Origin: Bacteroidia bacterium
GTDB lineage: Bacteria; Bacteroidota; Bacteroidia; NS11-12g; UBA9320
Direction: 5' to 3'
Length of the DNA stretch: 64,000 nt
NCBI GenBank assembly: GCA_017857855.1
Contig: JAFMCI010000002.1
Coordinates: forward strand, 20,727-84,726
Shown: positions 57,857 to 64,000 of the stretch, in pieces
How positions within the stretch are numbered: the stretch's first letter is position 1
Layout: each line of letters opens with the position of its first letter
The notes under the pieces: model-generated
Seen by the model: only the letters and a program-made list of their open reading frames with translations
What the model was told of the DNA's origin: nothing
Database searches by the model: none
Made by a program: the position numbers and the translations under genes

Positions 57857-57864
57857 TAAATTTG
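57857..57864 (+). promoter_or_regulatory. -7 box TAAATTTG for the lpx operon
   Basis: Exact TAnnTTTG 7 nt before the TTG at 57872. Confidence 0.45.
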
Positions 57865-57871
57865 CGGTCTA

Positions 57872-58900
57872 TTGACACTTACAGCAGCAGAAATAGCAAC
57901 AATTGTAAACGGTACTGTAGAAGGTAATCCTGGTGCAAGTATTACCAAGGTTTCTAAGATAGAGGATGCCAATTCAGATAGCTTATGTTTTCTTTCAAAC
58001 AAGAAATACATACACTATTTGAAGACAACCGATGCATCAATTGTTTTGCTAGACGATACAATTCAACCCATACCAGAAGGGAAAACGGTGATCAGGTGCT
58101 CGCATCCGTATGTAGCCTTTTGCACCATTCTCATACAATATTTCGATTACAAAGATCCAAATCAAGGCATTCATCCTACTGCGGTAATAGAACCGTCTGC
58201 CAAAATTGGGGTTAATTGCCACATAGGTTCACATGCATACATAGGCAAAGATGTGATTATAGGAGATAACTCTAAAGTACTAGCTAACAGCTGTATTTAT
58301 GAGAACTCTATAATTGGAAACAACACAACCATTAGGTCTAATGTGTCTATTTATTATCAAACTATCATTGGTGATGATTGTCTAATCCATTCAGGAACCG
58401 TAATCGGTGCAGATGGATTTGGGCATGCACCATTACCTGACGGTACCTACATAAAAATACCTCAGATAGGTAACGTAGTGATAGGTAACAAAGTAGAGAT
58501 AGGTAGCAATACCTCAATTGATAGAGCCAATATGGGAAGTACAATTATCGGAAACGGATGCCGCATAGATAATCTTGTTCAGATCGCACACGGAGTTGAA
58601 ATAGGTGAAAATACCGTACTCGCAGGTGGCGTATTTGTTGCCGGTAGTACAAAAATTGGATCCAACTGTGTTTTTGCAGGCCAAGCAGGTGTGGTTGGAC
58701 ATATTACAGTGGCCAACGGAACTCAATTAGGTGGACAAGCTGGAATCAATAAAGATATTACAGAGCCTAACGGAATTTATACGGGATCACCACACCAATC
58801 TTTCAAGGAAGAAATGAAATCAAGAGTTATGTGGAGGAATTTACCTAAGCTAGAGCAACGCGTAAGAGAATTAGAACAACAATTAAAATCGAAGAAATAA
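57872..58900 (+). CDS. lpxD: UDP-3-O-acylglucosamine N-acyltransferase
   Basis: LpxD N-terminal domain ('AAEIATIVNGTVEGN', 'LCFLSNKKY'), a long left-handed beta-helix of hexapeptide repeats, and a C-terminal coiled tail. Confidence 0.9.
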   Translation: MTLTAAEIATIVNGTVEGNPGASITKVSKIEDANSDSLCFLSNKKYIHYLKTTDASIVLLDDTIQPIPEGKTVIRCSHPYVAFCTILIQYFDYKDPNQGIHPTAVIEPSAKIGVNCHIGSHAYIGKDVIIGDNSKVLANSCIYENSIIGNNTTIRSNVSIYYQTIIGDDCLIHSGTVIGADGFGHAPLPDGTYIKIPQIGNVVIGNKVEIGSNTSIDRANMGSTIIGNGCRIDNLVQIAHGVEIGENTVLAGGVFVAGSTKIGSNCVFAGQAGVVGHITVANGTQLGGQAGINKDITEPNGIYTGSPHQSFKEEMKSRVMWRNLPKLEQRVRELEQQLKSKK

Positions 58901-58903
58901 GGA

Positions 58904-60307
58904 ATGGAAATTTTTCAAACCACTATAAAACAAGCAATTAGTATTTCAGGTGTAGGGTTACACACCGGAAATAAAGTTACCTTAACTTTTGAACCTGCAC
59001 CAGAAGACCATGGCTACGTTTTTCAGCGAGTTGACTTGCCAGGAGAGCCCAAAGTAAAGGCAGATTGTGACCTGGTAGTGGATACTTCAAGAGGAACAAC
59101 TATTGAAGATAACGGTGCCCGCATCAACACGGTAGAGCACGTATTAGCAGCTTTGGCAGGTTTAGAAATAGACAATTGTCTTATAAAGCTAGATGCTCCA
59201 GAAACCCCAATAATGGATGGAAGCAGTAAGCCGTTTATTGACATACTAATGACCACGGGGATAGAGACTCAGAAGAAAGAAAGAGAATATTTCGAAATCC
59301 CAAATCGTATAAATTATGCAGATGGTAAAGGAGTAGAAATGATGGCTCTTCCGGCCAACGACTATAGACTCACCGTAATGGTTGACTACAACTCCCCAGT
59401 ATTGGGAAGCCAGCATGCGAGTATTACCAACCTAAATGAGTTTAAAGACGAAATATCAAGTTGCCGTACTTTTTGTTTTTTACATGAGCTAGAGGCATTG
59501 GTAAAAAACAACTTAATCAAAGGTGGAGACTTAAATAACGCTATTGTTATAGTGGATAGAGTAATTGAAGAAAATGAAATGGCCAATATAGCTAAGCTCT
59601 TCAATAAAGATACTATAGAAGTAAAAAAAGAAGGAATTCTAAATAATGTTGAATTGCGTTTTCAGAACGAACCTGCAAGACATAAACTGCTAGACATTGT
59701 AGGAGATTTAGCTCTAGCCGGAGTACCTTTAAAAGCACAAATACTGGCTGCTAGGCCTGGTCATGCTGCCAATGTAGAGTTTGCTAAAAAAATAAAAAAG
59801 GCCTATTTAGCTTCCAAAAAAGCAAATAAACTAGATAATAATGTTCCTGTTTACGATCCTAATGTACCGCCACTTTATAACTATCAGCAATTAGCTGATA
59901 TATTGCCACACAGACACCCATTTTTACTAGTAGACAGGGTAATTCGTCTTACCGAAAATGAAGTGATTGCCGTAAAAAACATAACTGGAGATCAGTACTT
60001 TTTTCAAGGACATTTTCCTGGAGAACCGCTCATGCCAGGGGTATTACAACTAGAAGCAATGGCGCAAGCAGGTGGAGTATTGGTGCTAGCAGACAAAGAA
60101 AATCCAGAAAAATGGAGTACTTATTTCGTTAAAATAGAAAACGCTAAGTTTAAAGATAAAGTAGTACCCGGCGATACCCTAGTTATTCGTATGGCATTAA
60201 CTGCGCCTGTGAGACGAGGTTTGTGTATGATGAAAGGTGAGGCCTTTGTAGGTAATAGACTTGTATGTGAAGCCAACATGATGGCACAAATTGTAGAAAA
60301 TAAATAA
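58904..60307 (+). CDS. lpxC/fabZ: Bifunctional UDP-3-O-acyl-GlcNAc deacetylase / 3-hydroxyacyl-ACP dehydratase (LpxC-FabZ fusion)
   Basis: The LpxC part has 'GVGLHTGNKV' and 'VEHVLAAL', with 'GHAANVEF' at its C-terminal end. The FabZ part has 'LPHRHPFLLVD' and 'FFQGHFPGEPLMPGVL'. Confidence 0.9.
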   Translation: MEIFQTTIKQAISISGVGLHTGNKVTLTFEPAPEDHGYVFQRVDLPGEPKVKADCDLVVDTSRGTTIEDNGARINTVEHVLAALAGLEIDNCLIKLDAPETPIMDGSSKPFIDILMTTGIETQKKEREYFEIPNRINYADGKGVEMMALPANDYRLTVMVDYNSPVLGSQHASITNLNEFKDEISSCRTFCFLHELEALVKNNLIKGGDLNNAIVIVDRVIEENEMANIAKLFNKDTIEVKKEGILNNVELRFQNEPARHKLLDIVGDLALAGVPLKAQILAARPGHAANVEFAKKIKKAYLASKKANKLDNNVPVYDPNVPPLYNYQQLADILPHRHPFLLVDRVIRLTENEVIAVKNITGDQYFFQGHFPGEPLMPGVLQLEAMAQAGGVLVLADKENPEKWSTYFVKIENAKFKDKVVPGDTLVIRMALTAPVRRGLCMMKGEAFVGNRLVCEANMMAQIVENK

Positions 60308-60308
60308 T

Positions 60309-61091
60309 ATGATCCAACCATTAGCATATGTAAACCCCGGAGCTAAGTTAGCTGATAACGTGGTGATTGAGCCTTTCGTTACTATACATAAAAATGTAGA
60401 AATAGGCGAAGGAACCTGGATTGGATCCAATGTGACTATCATGGAGGGAGCTCGTATTGGTAAGAATTGTAAAATTTTTCCGGGTGCCGTAATTTCTGCT
60501 ATACCTCAAGACATGAAATTTAATGGTGAGGAAACTACAGCAGAAATTGGTGATAACACAACCATTCGTGAGTGCGTAACTATTAATAGAGGTACAGCCT
60601 CCAAAGGGAAAACCATCATCGGAAAGAATTGCCTACTCATGGCTTATTCTCACATTGCACATGACACTATATTAGGTGATAATGTAATCATTGGAAACGG
60701 AAGTCAAATAGCTGGGGAAGTGACTATTGCTGATTTTGCTATTCTGAGCGGATTAGTTGCAGTGCATCAGTTTGTTAATATCGGGCCACACGTAATGATC
60801 AGTGGTGGCAGTTTGGTTAGAAAGGACGTTCCTCCCTATACAAAAGCCGCGCGTGAACCACTCAGTTATGAAGGCGTAAACAGTGTAGGACTGAGGAGAC
60901 GCGGTTACAGCTCAGAAAAAATAGGTGAAATACAAGAAATTTACAGAAACCTATTTTTACGGGGAATGAACAACGCTAAAGCACTGATTAAAATAGAAAC
61001 AGAAATGCCTGCAACACAAGAAAGGGATGAGATAATAAGTTTTATCCGGGCATCTGACCGAGGTGTTATGAAAGGTTATCTTTCCAGATAA
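60309..61091 (+). CDS. lpxA: Acyl-ACP--UDP-GlcNAc O-acyltransferase
   Basis: Hexapeptide repeats, 'AYSHIAHD', and a C-terminal helical domain 'NSVGLRRRGYS'. Confidence 0.9.
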   Translation: MIQPLAYVNPGAKLADNVVIEPFVTIHKNVEIGEGTWIGSNVTIMEGARIGKNCKIFPGAVISAIPQDMKFNGEETTAEIGDNTTIRECVTINRGTASKGKTIIGKNCLLMAYSHIAHDTILGDNVIIGNGSQIAGEVTIADFAILSGLVAVHQFVNIGPHVMISGGSLVRKDVPPYTKAAREPLSYEGVNSVGLRRRGYSSEKIGEIQEIYRNLFLRGMNNAKALIKIETEMPATQERDEIISFIRASDRGVMKGYLSR

Positions 61092-61690
61092 TGCTGAGCA
61101 TTACCTGCATAGATATTGCCAAACGATACCTTCAAGAAGTTCTCTTTAAGGGCTTCAATTATACCTTTGAAGGAAATACCAAATATGTTATCACAGGTTC
61201 CAATTCATCAGGGAAAAGCACCCTTCTAAAAATTATTGGTGGAGCGTTAGCTCCTACTAAGGGTGAAATAAACTACTCTTTAGCTGCCGGTTCAGAAAGC
61301 CTTTTTAGTTTTAGTAGTCCTGAAATGCACTTATTAGATGACTTTACAGTGAGAGAATTATTTGAGCTTCACTTTCAGTTTAAAAAATCTAAAATAACCC
61401 TTGAAGAGCAATATATACAGGCTAATCTAAGTGCTTTTTTAACCAAAACATATGGTGAACTTTCTTCGGGTTTAAAAAATAAAGTAAAGCTTTCATTGGC
61501 TATATTTACAGACACACCTGCCCTACTTCTAGATGAACCTTGTACCAATTTTGACGAAGTTAACACAAAGTGGTATCAGGATATGATAGAAACCTTTTGT
61601 CAAAATCAATTGATAATTATCGCTTCTAATCAAATTAGTGAATATAAATTCTGCACAGAAAAAATACATTTGCAAGAATATAAACCTTAA
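61091..61690 (+). CDS. Short ABC-type ATPase with no adjacent permease
   Basis: Walker A 'GSNSSGKST', signature-like 'LSSGLKNKV', Walker B 'LLLDEP'. TAATG overlap with the lpxA stop. Confidence 0.7.
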   Translation: MLSITCIDIAKRYLQEVLFKGFNYTFEGNTKYVITGSNSSGKSTLLKIIGGALAPTKGEINYSLAAGSESLFSFSSPEMHLLDDFTVRELFELHFQFKKSKITLEEQYIQANLSAFLTKTYGELSSGLKNKVKLSLAIFTDTPALLLDEPCTNFDEVNTKWYQDMIETFCQNQLIIIASNQISEYKFCTEKIHLQEYKP

Positions 61691-61702
61691 TCAAACTGTA
61701 AA

Positions 61703-62179
61703 ATGAAAAAAAATATTTTATTATTTATTGTCGCCGCGTCCTTCATAGCTTGTAACAATTCAGGTCAATCTGAGGAAACTCAAGAAATGGTAGCTGGCAG
61801 ATATGGGGATAGCACATGGACTTCAGAAAGCACTCTTACAGGAGAAGAAATGATGGATTCATTAGCCGCAAATGATTCTGTATATGTAACCGTAAAGGGT
61901 AATATAAAAGCTGCTTGTCAAGCCAAGGGATGCTGGATGAGTATGGACATTGCTGGTAATGAAATGTTTGTAAAATTCAAGGACTACAGTTTTTTTGTGC
62001 CTAAAAATAGTGCTGAGCACAACGCGACCATTCGAGGTTGGGCCTATCTAGACACGGTTTCTGTAAAAGATCAAATAGAATATGCGAAAGACGCAGAAGC
62101 AACAGAGGAAGAGATTACCGCTATAATTGCTCCAAAAATAGAGCTTACCTTTACGGCTGAAGGGGTAATTATTGACTAA
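61703..62179 (+). CDS. Lipoprotein, DUF4920-like
   Basis: Lipobox 'SFIAC' and motif 'ACQAKGCWM'. Family recalled by eye. Confidence 0.5.
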   Translation: MKKNILLFIVAASFIACNNSGQSEETQEMVAGRYGDSTWTSESTLTGEEMMDSLAANDSVYVTVKGNIKAACQAKGCWMSMDIAGNEMFVKFKDYSFFVPKNSAEHNATIRGWAYLDTVSVKDQIEYAKDAEATEEEITAIIAPKIELTFTAEGVIID

Positions 62180-62201
62180 TGATTAACTAAAAACTTAGGA
62201 T

Positions 62202-62597
62202 ATGAAATGGATTATTTTCTCTGTACTTGCACTCACTATTATAGCCTGTGGACAAGGGACTAATAACGAAAAAGCAGATATGTACGAAGCGTCTGAATTA
62301 AGTGCCATGATGCGTGACATGGTAATTTGGAGCAAAGAAGCGAAGGCTACGCTTGATGCAGGCGATACCATTCAGGAAATACCGCAACATTTTTATAACC
62401 TAGACAAACAAACTGCCACCAGGGGAGAACATTTGGAAGCAGCATTTAAAGCCATGGCACCGGTTTACACCAATGCCCTAAAAGGTATTGAGCGCAGAGA
62501 TTCACAGCAATTCTATTATAATGCTAGTATACAAGCCTGTAAAAATTGTCACGGCGTATATTGCGGTGGACCATTGTCCGTAATTAATCAGTTATAA
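62202..62597 (+). CDS. Small lipoprotein with a C-terminal CxxCH haem-binding motif (putative c-type cytochrome)
   Basis: Lipobox 'TIIAC'. Helical composition. 'ACKNCHG' sits 15 residues from the C-terminus. Confidence 0.5.
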   Translation: MKWIIFSVLALTIIACGQGTNNEKADMYEASELSAMMRDMVIWSKEAKATLDAGDTIQEIPQHFYNLDKQTATRGEHLEAAFKAMAPVYTNALKGIERRDSQQFYYNASIQACKNCHGVYCGGPLSVINQL

Positions 62598-62621
62598 GCA
62601 AACTGATATTTATTTAAGTCC

Positions 62622-63857
62622 TTACTTAAATAAAACACGCAAGTAAAACATCGGATTGGTGAACTTCTTGCGTAAATCTACATCGTCAAACATAAAGGTA
62701 ATCGTCTCTCTAAGTTCCTTATTGCGTTTTATTTTACCAATCATCCAATTAAACAACCAGGGATAATTAATTAGGTTGAGCATAACCGCACTAACTTGCA
62801 ACTCCCCTCCTATTTTTTTGTAAACTGTTTGATCGTATTTGTGTAATACGTTGGCGCTGAAATTATTAGCTTCAATAGATTCACGAGCTTGTTCAGCTGC
62901 CCATTTACCACTAAACATAGCATTACCTATTCCTTCTCCTGTAAACGGATCAATAAGTGACGCTGAATCACCTATAAGCATATATCTATTTCCACTAATT
63001 GGTCGATTTTTTTTACTACCCAACGGAAGTCCCCAGCCCTGTATCTTACCTTGAAGCTTTGCATTTTTAAAGCGATCTTTAAATTTATCACTTTCGAGCA
63101 CTTCAAGCATTACTTTTTTCAGGTTTACTTTTTTCTTGCTAACATATTTGCTCAGCATGCCTATGCCTACATTGGCTTGTCCATTGGGTAGCGGAAAAAT
63201 CCATAAATAGCCCGGCAAACTTTCTTTCACAAAGCGCAACTCTATAAAACCGTCTTGGTGAAGACCTGTAACACCATCATAGTAGGCTCTAAGTCCTGCA
63301 CAATGGTGCTGATGCTCCATCTTATAGCCTCCATATTTTTTGGCTACTAGTGCTCGTGTGCCCTCCGCACTTATTAGTAATTTCGCTCTTATTTCTATAG
63401 TGTCAGAAATAATGCTAACGCCGTTTTCGTCAATAACCACATCCTTAACTTCGGTACCTTCAAGCACTGTAGCATACTTTCTATCTAATTTTTGAAATAA
63501 CCAATAATCATAATCTAAACGTTTGGTTACAAATCCTGGGCTATACTCAGCTTCATGTGGCTTATGCTTAAAAGGAATAGCCACCTCATTTCCGTTTGGC
63601 GCCGAAAAAATAACCCCCCAACTCGGAATAAAACCTTGTATGTCAAGTTTCAACTCGTCTAACCAAGCTGGATTTAATTTTTTTAACTGGCTTACCACTT
63701 TCCCGCTTATGGCGTCACCACAAACCTTATCTCTAGGATATACTTCCTTTTCGACGACTACATGCGGTATTCCAAATTGCGCTAAATAAAGCGAAGCACT
63801 ACAACCTGCTGGTCCCGCTCCAATGATAACAATATCTGTTTCTATAATTTGACTCAA
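62622..63857 (-). CDS. Geranylgeranyl reductase-family FAD-dependent oxidoreductase
   Basis: 'IIGAGPAGCSA' dinucleotide fold, 'KVCGDAIS' and 'LIGDSASLIDPFTGEGIGNAM'. TTG start. Confidence 0.8.
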   Translation of the reverse strand: MSQIIETDIVIIGAGPAGCSASLYLAQFGIPHVVVEKEVYPRDKVCGDAISGKVVSQLKKLNPAWLDELKLDIQGFIPSWGVIFSAPNGNEVAIPFKHKPHEAEYSPGFVTKRLDYDYWLFQKLDRKYATVLEGTEVKDVVIDENGVSIISDTIEIRAKLLISAEGTRALVAKKYGGYKMEHQHHCAGLRAYYDGVTGLHQDGFIELRFVKESLPGYLWIFPLPNGQANVGIGMLSKYVSKKKVNLKKVMLEVLESDKFKDRFKNAKLQGKIQGWGLPLGSKKNRPISGNRYMLIGDSASLIDPFTGEGIGNAMFSGKWAAEQARESIEANNFSANVLHKYDQTVYKKIGGELQVSAVMLNLINYPWLFNWMIGKIKRNKELRETITFMFDDVDLRKKFTNPMFYLRVLFK

Positions 63858-63919
63858 TTTTTTTTATGATCTGAACTACAAATTAAACAATAGATATTCA
63901 GCTAATGAGCATATGGCAA

Positions 63920-64000
63920 CTATTTAGTTATAATCAATTTTTGGGTAGCGAACTGCTGCGAAGTGGTTTTTAGGGAGACGAAATAAATTCCATTTTGCAA
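63920..64000 (-). CDS. 3' end of a gene encoding a T9SS C-terminal sorting domain (cargo protein; body lies beyond the right edge)
   Basis: The minus-strand frame is open from the window edge: '...LQNGIYFVSLKTTSQQFATQKLIITK*'. This is the typical end of a type A CTD. Confidence 0.6.
   Translation of the reverse strand: MQNGIYFVSLKTTSQQFATQKLIITK

Noticed and set aside
1-64000. A whole-window look for CRISPR repeats, IS/transposase or integrase genes, prophage genes, rRNA, tmRNA and riboswitch-like leaders.
   Set aside because: I found no regularly spaced direct repeats. There are no transposase, integrase or phage-like ORFs and no long structured leaders. Both tRNA genes lack flanking integrase or direct-repeat scars. 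I cannot exclude small ncRNAs without covariance-model searches.

Overview
This is an AT-rich (roughly 35-40% GC by eye), densely coding chromosomal segment with about 60 CDS and 2 tRNA genes. It looks like core genome of a Bacteroidota bacterium, most likely Flavobacteriia-like. The lineage call rests on five observations: a fused lpxC/fabZ inside an lpxD-lpxC/fabZ-lpxA cluster, a PorX-type REC-PglZ response regulator, three proteins ending in T9SS C-terminal sorting domains, recurrent TAnnTTTG -7 promoter boxes, and no Shine-Dalgarno signals. The content is mainly housekeeping: ruvB-queG, etfBA, serC-serA, trxA, prfC, purN, yidC, recQ, tsaE, pepD, slyD, a cyclophilin, fadD, and envelope and peptidoglycan proteins. 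I saw no rRNA, CRISPR array, transposase, integrase, prophage or recognisable defence operon. I cannot point to a convincing self-contained novel multi-gene system, so the findings below are individual leads with modest scores. (1) A DUF3127 small protein carries an SSB-like disordered linker and an acidic ...DDEGDLPF tip. (2) A metallophosphoesterase has its catalytic DxH motif upstream of the first ATG, with no canonical start codon available. (3) A TTAACAAWTGT motif array with a 12-bp inverted repeat sits in the divergent region next to a lone XRE regulator and upstream of an M36 T9SS protease. (4) A tight serC-serA-DUF1015 operon. (5) An overlapping recQ-glycosyltransferase-glycosyltransferase operon. 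(6) Two paralogous TPR-PD40 envelope proteins differ only in their peptidoglycan-binding module (SPOR versus OmpA). (7) Several genes have a -7 box only 4-9 nt from the start codon, which implies leaderless transcripts. All family assignments come from motif recognition by eye; no searches were run.
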